64,000 nt of DNA from Hypomesus transpacificus (lineage: Eukaryota), in the NCBI RefSeq assembly GCF_021917145.1, contig NC_061076.1, positions 13,096,768 through 13,160,767 of the forward strand, written 5' to 3'. The notes beneath the pieces were generated by a model. That model had not been told where the DNA came from. It made no database searches and worked only from the letters and a program-made list of their open reading frames with translations. The translations under genes and the position numbers were made by a program. Shown here in pieces: positions 1 to 12,590 of the stretch (positions within the stretch are counted from its first letter, which is position 1; each line of letters begins with the position of its first letter).

Positions 1-457
1 AAATAGCCAAGAAGTTGTTGCTTCATTCTGCCTTCGCTAATTCAATTGTTGCACTCTCTCACACACTATCACTCATTCAAAGAGATCTGATTCGGCTATT
101 TACGATTGGAGAGTGGAAAGAAGGCCACTACATTCTGCACTTTCGATTGACACCTTGTTCGACCCAATAGGAGCTTCCATGCCCTGTTGACAGCCCTTTA
201 AAGCCAATTAGGTCTGTGCGTCCTGCCCCCTCCCTGCTCTACATCATACTCCCCTTACATACTCACTGAACCAGATCTGCAGCGTGCGCTCTTTATTTAT
301 TTCTTTCTTTGAGTTCAATTCTGGCTTTGTCTATCCCCTTTTTTCTTTCTTCCTCTGTCAGAGCATTGCCCATTTGCATCCATGCTTAGTCCACCCCTTA
401 GTTCAATGTATCGCCTTCCGCTTTCCCTACTTCTTTTTCCCTGATTCTCTCTGCCAG

Positions 458-676
458 CTTGAGGAAGAGGAAGAAGAGGATGAAGATGGACTGGGAGAGC
501 AGAGGGTCATGCCGGTAAAAAAAATCAGGATTAGCCGTCGCCCGGGCGACCGCTGGATGCTGCGAGGCCCAGTTGAGTATGTGCCTCCAGCAACCGTGGA
601 AGTGTTCCTACGGCGACAGGCCATTCCATTGGATGAAAATGAGGGAATCTATGTCAGGGACATTAAGACTGGAAAG
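458..676 (+). CDS. mvp: Major vault protein (MVP) internal coding exon, phase 0 to 0. Translation: [73 protein letters not shown].
   Basis: Translation aligns with the vertebrate MVP region '...[42 protein letters not shown]'. A pyrimidine tract plus AG at 456-457 precedes it and a GTGAGT donor follows at 677. The exact 5' boundary is inferred from that acceptor. Confidence 0.8.
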
Positions 677-863
677 GTGAGTGACTTGTGTTTCAAATTT
701 CCTGTTTACATCATTGTTAATTGTCATTGATAAAGTCATTGATAAAGTACCTATGCTGTTAAACATATAGACCATCCACTGATAGTTTGACAGCAGTTCA
801 CAGTAGCAATAAGAGTGTGTCATCACCCCCCAGCACGTACATCAAGCTTTTCTTTAATCCCAG

Positions 864-1099
864 GTTCGTGCCGTTATTGGCCACACCTACATGCTGACGC
901 AGGACGAGGAGCTGTGGCCCAAGGAGCTGCCTCAGAATGTGGAGGCCCTGCTGTGCTCCAGCAAGGACCCCCTGGCCGACCGATCGGACCGCCATAAGGT
1001 GGAAAACAGGAATGTCAGGGACAAGACCATGGTGGTCTCCTACAGGGTACCCCACAACGCAGCCATACAAGTCTACGATTACCGGGAGAAGAGGGCCAG
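864..1099 (+). CDS. mvp: MVP coding exon: [79 protein letters not shown] (ends in phase 2).
   Basis: Acceptor cag at 861-863 and donor GTAAGG at 1100. The protein continues exon 1 in frame and matches MVP '[15 protein letters not shown]...[23 protein letters not shown]'. Confidence 0.9.
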
Positions 1100-1439
1100 G
1101 TAAGGATGGATATATTCACAAACTTAAACACCATGTCATAAACAAAATGCGTTTTGTAGTTTTACATGAAGGAAAATAATTTAACGAACAATTTAGCTGT
1201 TAACTTCAAACAATCACTATTTAACAGTATGTCAGGGTGAGCTCTGCCAGTAATTCCAGGTGAAATATTGTAAATGTTATTATTGAGTTAAACCTACATT
1301 ATCGGGTTAAGTGTTATTGAATCAAAATATCCTTAATGTAGTCAATTGTGTAATACTCAACTTAAAATTATTATAACTATATACACTGCTCATGAAATTA
1401 TGGGAAAACGCAATCATCACGTAAATTAAACTTCAGGGA

Positions 1440-2552
1440 TATCAATCTGTCCAGTTAAGAAGCATAAGCAGTTGTGAATCAACGTCAGTTGTTTTGGTGC
1501 AAATGAAAGTGACAACAGGTGCACTGGAGAGGCAACAGTTAGACAACCCCCAAAAAGGGACTGGTTTTGCAGGTGGTGGCCACAGACAATTGCTCTCTCC
1601 TTATCATTCCTGAATGATTTTCCTCTAGTTTTGAGTGTCCTTGTCACTACTGGTAGCATTAGGTGGTACCTGCAGCCCATCGAGGTGGTCCAGCTGCTCT
1701 AGGATGGCACATCCATACTCGCTGTCAAAAGAAGGTTTGCTGTGTCTCCCAGTATAGTCTAAGGGACATGGAGGAAATACCAGGGATTGTATGAGGAGAA
1801 CTGGACAGGGCTGTAGAAAGGCATCGACTTAGCAGAAGGACCGGTATCTGCTCCAATGAGCGAGGAGCACTGCCAGAGCCCTACAAAATGACCTCCAGCG
1901 GGCTACTAGTTTCTTACCAAACAGTCAGAGACATAGTCCATGAGGGTGGAGCTGACATCCTGCAGTAGGAACTGTGTTCACAGCCCAGCACTGTGCAGCT
2001 CAATTGGCATGCGCCAGAGAACACTGAAATTGTCAGGTCTGTCATTGGTGCCCCATTCTCTTCATAGATGAGAGCAGGTTCACACTGAGCACATGACAGA
2101 CGTGAAAGAGTCTGGAGACGCTATGGTGAACGTTATGCTCCCACCAACATCATCCAGCATGACCGGTTTGGCGGTCACACAGACCTCCATGTGGTAGCCA
2201 GCTAGACTGCTGGTAGGTACTGGGATGAAATCCTCAGGCCCATCATCAGACCTGATGCTGGTGTAGTGGGCCCTGGGTACCTCAGGTTCAGGACAATGCC
2301 CGACCTCATGTGGCCAGAGTGTGTAGGCAGTCCCTAGATGATGAAGGCTTTGATGCCATTGACTGGCCCTCACTTTCTCTTGACCTGACCAATTGAGAAC
2401 CCCTGGGACATTATGTATTGGTGCATCCAACGCCGCCTAGTAGCAGGTCTAGGAGGAGATCCCGCAGGACATCATCTGCCATCTCATCAGGAGCATGCCC
2501 ATATGTTATCGGGAGTGTATACAGGCACGTGCGGGGCATACACACGTGGTTT
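1440..2552 (+). mobile_element. Degenerate Tc1/mariner (Tc1-like) transposon copy with a pseudogenised transposase.
   Basis: Frame-broken translation carries Tc1 transposase motifs: 'VVQLLQDGTSILAVKRRFAVSPS', 'FIDESRFTLSTCDRRERVWRRYGERYAP...DRFGG' and the C-terminal 'MP..CRE.IQARGGHTHV'. No terminal inverted repeats were identified. Confidence 0.6.
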
Positions 2553-4215
2553 TATGCGTCACGGAGACATGGCTGTGCGAATTGATCCCGGACAATGCGC
2601 TACAACTGGCAGGCTTTCAACTTGTCAGAGCTGATCGGGACACGGCCCTCTCCGGCAAAACTAAGGGCGGTGGCATTTGTTTTTACATCAACAGTGGCTG
2701 GTTTGTAGATGTGACAGTGATTCTGCAACATTGTTCTCCGGAATCAGAATAATTTTTTATAAACTGTAAACCCGTTCTACCCGCCTCGCGAGTTCGCGTC
2801 ACTCATTCTCAACAGAGCTCAGAAGGTTGAGGTCGGAGAAGGAGGAAGTATTTAGGAGTGGGGATAGAGACAGTTTCAAGGTGTCGAAGAACAGGTTTAG
2901 CAAGGCAGTGAGAGAGGCTAAACGACTGTACTCAGAGAGACTGAGCACCAGTTCTCTGCCAATGACTCTGCTTCTGTCTGGAGAGGGCTCAGGCAGATTA
3001 CCAACTACAAGCCCTGAGCCCCCCACTCCACTAACGACTCCCGCCTGGCCAACGACCTGAACGATTTTTACTGCAGATTTGGAAGACAATTGGACTGTCC
3101 TGAACTACCCCTTCCCACCATGAGGCCTCCCCCTTCTACAGTGACGAATCTCTCCATTCAGGAGGGTGTAGTTAACAGACTTTTCAAGAGGCAGAACCCC
3201 TGCAAAGCAGCTGGGCCGGACTCTGTGTCTCCAGCCACCCTCAAGCACTGCACTGACCAGCTGCCTCCAGTGTTCACCAACATCTTCAACATCTCCCTGG
3301 AGACATGCCATGTGCCAGCCTGTCTCAAGTCCTCCACCATCATCCCTTTGCCCAAAAAGCCAAGGCCAACAGGACTTAATGACTACAGACCCATCGCCCT
3401 CACCTCTTGGGTAATGGAGTCTTTTGAGCGCCTGGTCCTGGCACACCTCAAAGCCATCACGGACCCTCTCCTGAACCCCCTGCAGTTTGCCTACAGAGCT
3501 AACACGTCTGTAGACGACGCAGTTAAAATGGCCCTCCACTTCACCCCTCCAGCATCTGGACTCACCGGCATCCAACGCCAGGATCCTCTTTGTGGACTTC
3601 AGCCTTTGCCTTCAACACCATCATCCCCGCCCTGCTTCAGGACAAGCTCTCCCAGCTGAACGTTCCCCACTCCACCTGCAGGTGGATCACAGACTTCCTG
3701 TCTGACAGGAAGCATTGCGTTAAGCTGGGAACACAAGTCTCTGACTCCCGGTCCATCAGCACCAGATCTCCTCAGGGCTGTGTCCTTTCCCCTCTGCTTA
3801 TCTCCCTGTACACCAACAGCTGCACCTCCAGTCATCCGTCCGTCAAACTTCTGAAGTTTGCGGACGACACCACCCTCATTGGGCTCATCTCTGGCGGGGA
3901 TGAGTCTGACTACAGGTGGGAAGCTGACAACCTGAGGCCCACTCATGCTGCTCATTCAAATTCTTATGTATTTTTCATTTTAAATTGTTTTTTATTTCAT
4001 TTTAAATTGTTTTATTTTATATATTTTTTGTTTAGTTCTTTAAATTAGTTAAACTAATGTACTTTTTTACTTAATTTAAGTAAAAAAGTACCTTTTTTAC
4101 TTAAATACTTTACCTTTTTCCGTATATGTTTATTGTCTGCACCTTCCTGCCACAGTAAATTCTGTGTTTGTGTAACATACATGGCGAATAAACCAAATTC
4201 TGATTCTGATCATAA
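2553..4215 (+). mobile_element. L2/CR1-clade LINE copy A, with a truncated endonuclease and deleted RT ORF2, plus its 3'UTR and conserved tail. Pseudogene.
   Basis: ORF fragments 'CVTETWL...GKTKGGGICFYINSGW' (endonuclease N-terminus), then RT: 'KAAGPDSVSPATLKHC', 'NDYRPIALTS', 'LQFAYRANTSVDDAV', 'QGCVLSPLLISLYT', 'KFADDTTLIGLISGGDESDYRWE'. The tail 'tgcaccttcctgccacagtaaattc...catggcgaataaa..ttctgattctga' (4137-4213) recurs at the 3' end of the three other copies. Confidence 0.7.
4059..4091. repeat. 33-bp near-perfect palindrome gtacttttttacttaa(t)ttaagtaaaaaagtac inside the LINE 3'UTR.
   Basis: Read directly; 16-bp arms with a single central mismatch. Confidence 0.8.
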
Positions 4216-4317
4216 ATAACGAAATGGCCCCAAAAACATTGTGGGTAACCAAAACATGAAGCATACATTATGAAAAGCAAATAAGTGCCAATAGGAAGAC
4301 ACATAAGAGCATGTAGT

Positions 4318-5200
4318 TAAACAAATAACAAATTAACCCTTTCCTGCCTAAGCCAAACTTCTGAACATTACATATACTGTTGAAATATGATATTCATATT
4401 AATTATATTATGAATTTTCATATTCAATCATACACCTTAACTGTTTATACCATATTGAAGAGGAGAACTAGGGGATTTTTATGATGTGAATAAATATATG
4501 ATTACTTAAACAAATCATCCTTTATCAAGGTGATTCAGGAAGCAATTTTTTACAAAAATCTTCTCCATCCACCATACCTCATCAGACAATAAATTCTCTT
4601 AACTCTTAACCACTTTAATTACAAGGAATACTTTGAGTAGGTGGAATATCCACAAATCTGTGGGCTATATAGAACAGAAGACAGATTAGAAATATCATAT
4701 TTTGATTAAAGGTTATGACCATTATAGTGATTATTGGAAACATGGGGGAAACCGGAATTCCTTTCCCCCAAAAGTAGCTAGCGCTATGGCTGGATACTCC
4801 TTTTCGTAACTAAAAAAACTTTCAACTTTCTTCCACAATCGACCAAATTGGCCAGACAAGGCATGTACATTTAGCTTAAAGTGTACATAATCTAGCTAGT
4901 TCATGTCGTTTTTCCAAGTTTCACAGAAATCTGCTAAAATCGAGGCTAAACAGTGCTACTACCGTCATAGCTGTCTGTCACGAACAGCCAAGCCGGACAT
5001 GTAATTCTTTCCTGAAAAAACTCATCACTCCCACAAACAAATTCTTCGTAAGTAAAAAGTTTAGACTTTTAATTGACAATATTGACAACACATTAAGAAA
5101 CTTGTCTTTACTCATAATATTGTCTCCGATTTCAATTCGAAGCGGTAAATCTAACACTGTAGGCCATCTCCCATGGTATGCGCTCTGCCTCCGCCTCGGA
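4318..5200 (+). repeat. Unclassified ~0.87-kb non-coding interspersed repeat, copy A.
   Basis: Near-identical over almost its full length to 46540-47420 (reverse orientation) and 11800-12590, and partially to 13050-13400 and 17990-18120. No ORF and no terminal inverted repeats recognised. Confidence 0.75.
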
Positions 5201-5204
5201 AAAC

Positions 5205-5347
5205 ATTAGGTGTGTTCGACTTCATGCAGCGCCGGCGGCGCTGACAGTTGGCTGCAGCCGGCTGCCTTGAAGCTGAGAATGCCATTGGCTTCTTCAAGTC
5301 AGCTGGGCTGCAGGCGACGCCGACGCTGCATGAAGTCTAACACACCT
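5205..5347. repeat. Hairpin: 26-bp inverted repeats (ttaggtgtgttcgacttcatgcagcg / cgctgcatgaagtctaacacacctaa) around a ~90-bp GC-rich spacer.
   Basis: The arms at 5205-5230 and 5322-5347 are reverse complements with one mismatch. The hairpin directly abuts the end of repeat copy A. Confidence 0.8.
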
Positions 5348-6559
5348 AATGGCTGTAGTAATTTGACAAAGAATTTAAGAAACGTTGAGAGGAGCAATTC
5401 AGTGAGAGATCCCCTCCTGCAAGGACGGTTGGTGAAACAGAGGTGCAGAACACAGTCCACACAAGTGTTGAAACACAGAAATCTAAATTACACCTTGGGT
5501 CAGAGTTGGCGAATGTCATTTCAAGCAGTGGTAGCCACAGGACTGGGGTTGTGTGATCGGCGCAGCATCACAGGACAGCCAGGTAGATGGATGGACAGGA
5601 AGGGACCAGGAACTACCTTCCGTCAATGGAGACCGCTGTCCAATTGGCAAGTAAGTCCAACGTTGGCAGACCATCATAGACTGATGTCCACTGGCAACCA
5701 GGTCCAACTAGGGCAGGTCCAAAGAAGCTGGTCCACCGGCGACCAGGCAAATGTTGACAGCTCAACACCCCACACCACAGGGGAGGTGTGGAAGGGGTTG
5801 TGGAGGGGGAACAGAGAGAAAAGAGCAGGAATTTGAGAATGGAAAGGAGCAACTCGGTAACACTAACAGTAAGGGTGAGGTCCCCACCAGTCACGTGTGA
5901 ACTAGTGCAGAAGTTTAGCAGACAAAAAGGGGTATTTGATGTAGCCCTAGACAACAAGACAGTGCCAGCCCCCTAAAATCTTTACATGAATCTGTTCCAG
6001 GGAAGAGAAACTCTAAATAAAAATGCCCTGTCCCCCTCATCTCCAACTACCAACAGAAACAATAATAGTTACAATCAAGTACAGGTTTACTTTATTTGTA
6101 AATTCCAGTTATATGATACATATGGAGACATATAAATGCTTTATTTCTCATAAACACGCACTTCATGTTTGCTTTATTTGCAATTAAGTTTAAAACTAAA
6201 CATACAAGCACACACACAAACTTAAGCAGCTGTAAAACTGACTAAACAGAAAGGTTTTTAATCTAGCTTTGAATGTTGAAACATTGACAGTCTCCCTAAT
6301 TGAAACAGTTTTTGTTTGTTCCAGAGAACAGGTGCTCTATCTGAGAATGCCCTGCCCCCAGCATTTCTTTGGTTGATTTTAGGAACCACCAGATAGCCAA
6401 TATCTTGGGATTTTCCTTACTGGGTAATAGGATGTGAGGATACCAGAGAGGTAAGGTGGTATTAATCCATGGAGAGATTTGTAGGTTAGGAGTAGGACCT
6501 TGAAATCAGCTCTGGCTTGGATTGGGAGCCAGTGTAGGGAGGCGAGAGTAGATATTGTG

Positions 6560-7020
6560 TATAGTAGTTATATGGTCATATTTTCTTGCTGCTGCTTTTG
6601 GCACCAGTTGCACATTTTTTATGTAGGTACTTGGGAGACCAAAGAATAATACATTGCAGTAGTCCAATCAGGATGTTGGGATGTCAGTTTCTCAGCATCA
6701 TCCTTTTAGACTAAATTTCTAATTACCATTACAATTATCAACCTATCATTTCTTTATCAGTGGACAAACGTACAAAACTAGCAGGGGATCAAAAATGTTT
6801 TTCCTGACTGTAGGTCGAGGAGAACCAGGACAGAAATAGGGCCTGCGTCCAAGGCCAATGGTAGATGATTGACTACCTTGGCGAGTGCTGTTTTAGGGCT
6901 GTGGTGAGGACAAAATCCGGACTGGACGGGTTCATACAACCGATTTGTGGAAAAGTGTTCAGTGAGCTGTTGTACCACAACTTTTTCAAAAATCTTTGAG
7001 AGAAATGGCAGATTTGGAAT
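6560..7020 (-). mobile_element. LINE reverse-transcriptase fragment.
   Basis: Minus-strand ORF 6778-6978 carries an RT segment: '[18 protein letters not shown]...[16 protein letters not shown]'. This is the FRPG-to-SAFDTV region typical of fish LINEs. Confidence 0.45.
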
Positions 7021-7756
7021 TGATGAGAGATCCGGGATTTTTTTTTTTTTTTTTTAGCATGGGCTAAATAATTGCTTGTTTAAAATCGTCAAATATTATG
7101 GGCAATGATGAGCCATTTGTGGTGTGGTTGTAACTCATGGCCTATACTTTAAATGTCTCAGAATTTTGACAACTTTTTAGCATTGCATACAAAATTGGAA
7201 ACGCAATAACACCAAGATCCACCAGGGCCGTAAAGGAGTCCGTAGCAATTAGCCAAGCATGCACATTTTAAATATTCACAATAAATCTTCTTTTCATCTT
7301 ACATTCAACTATTTCTCAAATTTGTGTACTGAACATTGTCAAGAGTCTTCACATGAACTTGTGATTGAATCAGAGTATCAGTTCTTTACTGGCAAATGTG
7401 TAAAGCATTATTTTAGCTTTAGTGATAAATTAGATTTCCTTTAATTTAATAATTTTTGGAGCTATGAAGTTGCCTTCGCACATGGTAACATTTTGTAGTT
7501 TCTTCCTCAGGTTTGGAACAGATCAAGTCCCTAGGTCAATGTGGCCCTTTTTATGGACACATGAAATATGTGCTACAGTTGTATATAAGTAAATGTTAAT
7601 AATTCTGTAATATATTCCTTATTGCTTATCGCCTTATAGAAAGACATACACACATAGGACCCAGGATCAAGTCAATAGGAGCTCCAGTTCATGAGGAGAA
7701 GATGTTTATAGTTTTGGACAAATCTTTGGTTCCTCATGAGAAATAAGGCATAAATA

Positions 7757-8215
7757 CTAGTGCTGTCAAACGCGTTATTAACGGTGTTAACGCCAACCCA
7801 TTTTAACAGCGTCAATTGTTTTATCGCAAGATTAACGTTCTTTTTGGCCTATCAACCTTGGTAGTTTTTTTCACATGCTGTTGCAACAACTACTGACGTT
7901 AGAAAAACTCCACACCAGATCTAGCTAGACCGGAAACAAAACAGGCACGCTGCATACACTTGTTTGGGCTTGCGAGCCGGATAAAGAGTAGTAGGCTAAC
8001 GTTACGTTTTGAGTGGGTGGCGAGCGCGAGACGTCGAAATAGATGCCAATAAGATTCGGAATGGGACATTTGCTTTTAAAAAGTTGCCAAATGGTTCCAT
8101 TGACAAGACCAAAGTGATCTGTGTGTTTTGTCGTTGTGAACTGAGCTATCATCGCAGCCTGAAATGTCCAGTCTGAAATACCACTTGATGGCCACGTACA
8201 CAGCTGTTGCTTCTC
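7757..8215 (+). mobile_element. 5' portion of a hAT-family element (terminal inverted repeat plus possible BED-finger start), truncated by the downstream LINE.
   Basis: Terminus 'tagtgctgtcaaacgcgttattaacgg' resembles the ends of the hAT MITE at 15223-16087. Plus-frame 'FAFKKLPNGSIDKTKVICVFCRCELSYHRS / SSLKYHL' is BED-finger-like. The overlapping minus-strand reading could instead be the LINE C-terminus, so this call is ambiguous. Confidence 0.4.
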
Positions 8216-10045
8216 CACATTCACAGGTGGTTGGGCCAGTCTTGAAGCCCCATCTCACCAGAGCATCTTTGGATCGTCCCTTTCCCGTTCTGAGGCGGTT
8301 GAGCATTTCCATTGAGCCCATGATGTTTCTGAGCCAGGGGGTAGGTTTTCAGTAGGGGGAATTCCATGCCAGTTGGAAGAGGGTCATTTTCAAATTCTCC
8401 ATCCAGAGTTGGATTCTGGATTCATCCCGAGACTTTGTTAGGGGTTGGACATGGCTGGGAAAGCTTTTTCTCTGACTCTGATCTAGGGCTATGGTGAGGT
8501 TTGCTTCTACTGCTTTGAAAGTTTTCTTGAGATGTTACACAAAGATCGTCGGCATAGATTAAACGCTCATTGTTCTGGTCCATTGGCTGGTCGTTGGTGT
8601 ACATGTTATATAGTAGTGGGGCCAGCATGCCACCTTGAGGTAGGCCATTTCGTTGTCGCCAGCTTGTTATTCAGGACAACAAAGAAGCGCTGTCTTTCAG
8701 GAGGGCTCCAATGAGGTCTGTAAGGTGCCAGGTCTTTTGTCATCTCTAAGATCCTTTTTAGGAGGAGATGATGGTTCACAGTAGCAGACAGATCAACAAA
8801 GACAGCTCCTGTTACCAGTCCTTTCTGGAATCCATCCTCAATGTGTTGTGAGTTTAAGAAGTTGGCTTGTTGTAGATTTGCCAGGTCGTAATCCAGCTTG
8901 TTGAGGGATGATGGCTGGTTCTGCAACAGGGGCAAGCCTGTTGAGAATCAAGCGTTCAAACAGCTTGTAGAGGTGGCATAGCAGAGAGATTGGGCGGAAG
9001 CTCTTTGCATGCGCTGGATCTTTGCTTGGTTTGAGAAGAGCAATAATCCTGGTTTTCCTCCAGATCTTTGGGAGGGCTTTTGTCAGCGTGCACTTATTCA
9101 TCAGCTGGAGGATCCATTTCCTCATTAGAGGTCCAAAATGCTTGATCTCTTCAGTGTAAATGTTATCCAGTCCGATGGCTTTACCGGTTTTAAGGGTGTT
9201 GATGCTGATGTTGAGCTCTTCAGGGGAGAACAGCTCAGTCAGTCCCATGGTTTGGGAGCTTTCCTCGATCTACCTTTGGTCTTGGCTGTTTAGTGGTGGA
9301 TTTCCCATTGTGCAAAAGCTGGTGCGCAACTTGGCAGTGGCCTTATACTGTTATTGAGTTGGGGTTGATGGGTTATTGCAGATTTTTCAGATGAGGCTCC
9401 ATGCCTTTTTGCGGTTCTTTGCCATATCAGTTGTCTCCAGCGGGTTTTTTCACTTCAGCTGGCAGCATTCTGTAATAGAGGCCATGAGTCTCTCACCTAC
9501 TTTGGTGGTAGTTTCAGCAAAGGGGTCAGATTAATAGAGCTGTTGGTATTGCTCTAACAGTTTTGTACTTGTGGCGTCAAAGCCCAAGATGTATTGGGTG
9601 TGGCAGCCTCTTGGGATGTTCTTGCTTGCTGCTTTGTGCACAAGCTTGGTGAACTTGTCATGATTCCTGGGGTCTGCTGGGAGATGGGCAATCTTCCTAT
9701 CAAGATCTTCTTGGAAGCCAGGCCAGTTTGCATTTCCAAAGTCGAATCTTCTTTGGAATGGAACTGTGGCTGTGGTTATTGCAGGATTGACTGTAATGCT
9801 GATAGGACGGTGTTGGGTCCTTGGCAGTGGCTCCAAGACTAGCTTTTTGCTTAATCCAGTGATCTTGTGGCTGACAAACGCAATATCAGGGCTGTAGCCT
9901 GCTGTACATCGTCCGCTGTTGAAGGACTTTGGCTGTTTTGCGTTGTGGATCAGATTAAGATGGCAGTTTTCGGCCCACATTTCTACTGCATCTCCATCTG
10001 TGTTGTTGGCATATCCATAATCCATAATGCCCTCCGACAAAAAAT
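8216..10045 (-). mobile_element. LINE ORF2 (AP-endonuclease plus reverse transcriptase), frame-broken and near full-length. Clade uncertain (RTE/Rex3-like or CR1-like).
   Basis: Minus ORFs contain endonuclease motifs 'FQRRFDFGNANW' and 'QHRPISITV', and RT motifs 'IGLDNIYTE', 'ALPKIWRKTRIIALLKPSKDP', 'FRPISLL', 'AGLRPGKSTTSQ', 'GAVFVDLSATVNHHLLL' and 'LIYADDLCV' (YADD box). A possible C-terminal 'CECGEATA' motif follows. Confidence 0.7.
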
Positions 10046-10599
10046 TAAAAATGAACGAAAGCGATCAGTTTGAGTTTTACTATCCATATCTAACTTCGGT
10101 TTTGGTGTATCAACCTCGTTAAAGCTCGGTCAATATGTTAAAGCCCAGTTTGATAATTACCGGCATGAACTCACTCTCAGTAAGTAGTTAGCCTTCACTA
10201 GTCATCCGAGATCAAAAATGCTAGCAACGCCACCAGTGTAATTTTACAACAATTTTACAGCACGAGACAGAAAATTTGAACAACAAATCAAATTGGTTGC
10301 CTGCAGAATGGGTCATCAAATATATAATTAATTAGCATCGGCATGAATGTGGTCCGCTTAGACAAAATACACTCAAATTCTGTCAGACCAACGCAAATGT
10401 GCTTCAAGGTCAAACGAAAATAGCAAATAAAATAAAAGTTAAACTACAATTCTAAATATCGCAAGAATACGATTTATATGATGGCTTATATACAATACAA
10501 CAACCAGACATTTAATTGACACATGTAGTACAATAATATAATATAAAAGTATACCGCGGTTGAAACGGTATAGCCAAATCTCTCCCATGTAGACACATT

Positions 10600-11715
10600 T
10601 CTACCGTCGCACAGTATATACCGTCTTATACCATGGTCTGGGTGAATACTCGATTCTGATTGGCTGCAGAGGTGTCCATTATCGGGTGATAACGGACACC
10701 TACTGCGTCATTGCAGCAAAACTGTCTTTTCACTGTTCTAAATTATTCCGCTGGCTACACAGGAGCCTGTACAAAATATCTGAAATAAGTAACCATAACA
10801 ACAGTGACGGAGTCAAAACCTACATTTACAATTTTGAAAGACTTTAACAAGCTAACTTGTATTTACAACAATGAGTGACTTCAATATTTATTTTAACCTA
10901 TTTGAAAAATGTTTCTTTTCTGAATGTGGTGTGTCAGTGTCATGTAACCGCTCATCTCACATCCCATTCGCTATTCACCTTGCTAGTCAATCTACTTCAG
11001 ACAGGCTACTGGCAAACACGACAGTGGCAGCAACTCTACACATGGCCGATCATTTTCTTCTTAAAAATCTTGATTTTTGGGGGGGACAATGACATGGCTC
11101 GATAGTTGCCTAGTCTTGTTGTTAAACATACTGTCAAATTATAATCACTGTTTGGAGAAAATGTAAACTTTGATGAGGTCATCTCACATCCATTTGCTAT
11201 TCAACTCGCTCCACAGGCTGCGGCCATACTGTAGCCTAGTACTAGTATATGGCCGATATTGTTCGTGAAAATCTTGATATTGATTTTGGGACAGTGACAT
11301 GGCTGGTTAGCTAGCAAATCTTATTGTCAAACATACTGTAAAATTATATTTACTGTTTCTCAACCGTACACAGTTATTGCCTCTGAATCTTACTATCCTA
11401 ACGTTAGCTTTCGGGCTAATTGCTCAGCCAAGGGGAAAGCCGGTGTTGGTTCTATGAGCTGAGCGGACTATAAAATATCAGAGTTGGCTAACGTAAAAAA
11501 ACATTTGATTTATTTAGCAAAACGCCTGAAAACATGTTTATTAATGTTTGTAAAAAAATTGTTGGCAAGTGACCATGGTATAAGCGGGATAATGCCCTTC
11601 GAGGTGTCCAATATCACTTGATAATGGACTCCGCGGAAGCTCCGCGTTGGACGGTTCACGCCTCTGCATCGTCCATTATCAGGTGATATTGGACACCTCA
11701 TCGGGCATTATCCCT
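10600..11715. repeat. Two related palindromic modules in opposite orientation, bracketing a ~0.9-kb segment that itself contains a ~190-bp tandem duplication (10950-11350).
   Basis: 10660-10689 holds the 30-bp palindrome 'ggtgtccattatcgggtgataacggacacc'. 11585-11712 is a 128-bp hairpin with 27-bp arms ('ggtgtccaatatcacttgataatggac' / 'gtccattatcaggtgatattggacacc') nested inside 'gggataatgccc'/'gggcattatccc'. The flanking 'accatggtataag' sequences are also inverted. Confidence 0.6.
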
Positions 11716-11799
11716 TTCATACCGCCCTGTCCTAGTACAGAATTTTCAAGTCAAATTCCATTGTGACTTCATGTACTGACATAACTGTTTCTCACCGAG

Positions 11800-12590
11800 T
11801 ACATTTTTACACCGTTAAACACTTTCCTGCCTGAATAGGCAGACTTTTTCCAATAATATACCTCAACTGTTAATACCATTTTGAAGACAATATGTAGGGC
11901 TTTCTAATGATGTGAATATGTATATGATTATGTTAGGCAAATCATCCTTTATCAAGAAGATTTTACGGAGCCATTCTGACAAAAATCTTCTCCGTCTGCA
12001 TTACTTTTTTAGAAAACCTCATTTTTAACCTATTTCAATACAAGATAGAGGACAGATTAGAAAATGTGCATAATGTTGTTGTGAATTCAGAACACCAGAC
12101 AGATTTAAGATAGACTATTTTGTTTAAAAGTTATGACCACTGAAGTGATGAGTGGGATAACACTATTTCAAGCTGGCACGATGGCTCTCCATATCTAAAA
12201 ACGGTTCAACTTTTTTCCACAATCGACCAAATTGGCCAAACAAGGTATGTACATTGAGCTTATAGTGTACATAATGTAGCAAGTTAATTTTTCTTTAAGC
12301 AAGTTTCACAGAAATCTGCAAAAATCGAGGCTCAACACTGTCATAGCTGACCGTCACTAACAGCCAAACCGGGGTTACAAAAGGTTCACTGCAGCTGGTG
12401 TTACTACGAACAAAGGCTTCGTAACTGATTTTTTTTTACTTTTAGTTGACAATATTCAACACAGACGTTAAGAAACTTGGCTTTACTCTAAATATATTTT
12501 CCGTTTTCAATTTGAAGCAGTAAATCTAACACAGTAGGAATTCTCCCACGACATCCACTCGCTCCGCTTTGACTAAAAAATGTTTTCTCA
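11800..12590 (+). repeat. Unclassified ~0.87-kb interspersed repeat, copy B. A partial copy D lies at 13050-13400.
   Basis: Collinear with 4400-5200 ('ttccacaatcgaccaaattggcca...cagtaaatctaacac...tctccca'). Confidence 0.7.

Noticed and set aside
284-730. 148-aa six-frame ORF starting at an ATG at 284.
   Set aside because: Only its 3' part (from the AG acceptor at 456-457) is MVP-like. The 5' part is intronic read-through, and the ORF runs past the GT donor at 677 into the intron.
5210-5836. 208-aa ORF.
   Set aside because: It spans the 26-bp-stem hairpin and low-complexity GC-rich sequence. There is no protein-family signal and the composition is Arg/Ser/Gly-biased, typical of spurious frames.
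8076-8321. Minus-strand ORF with 'CECGEATA', possibly a LINE ORF2 C-terminal zinc-finger-like motif, overlapping a plus-strand BED-finger-like reading.
   Set aside because: I could not decide which strand's reading is real. I kept the hAT and LINE calls with reduced confidence and did not make a separate call.
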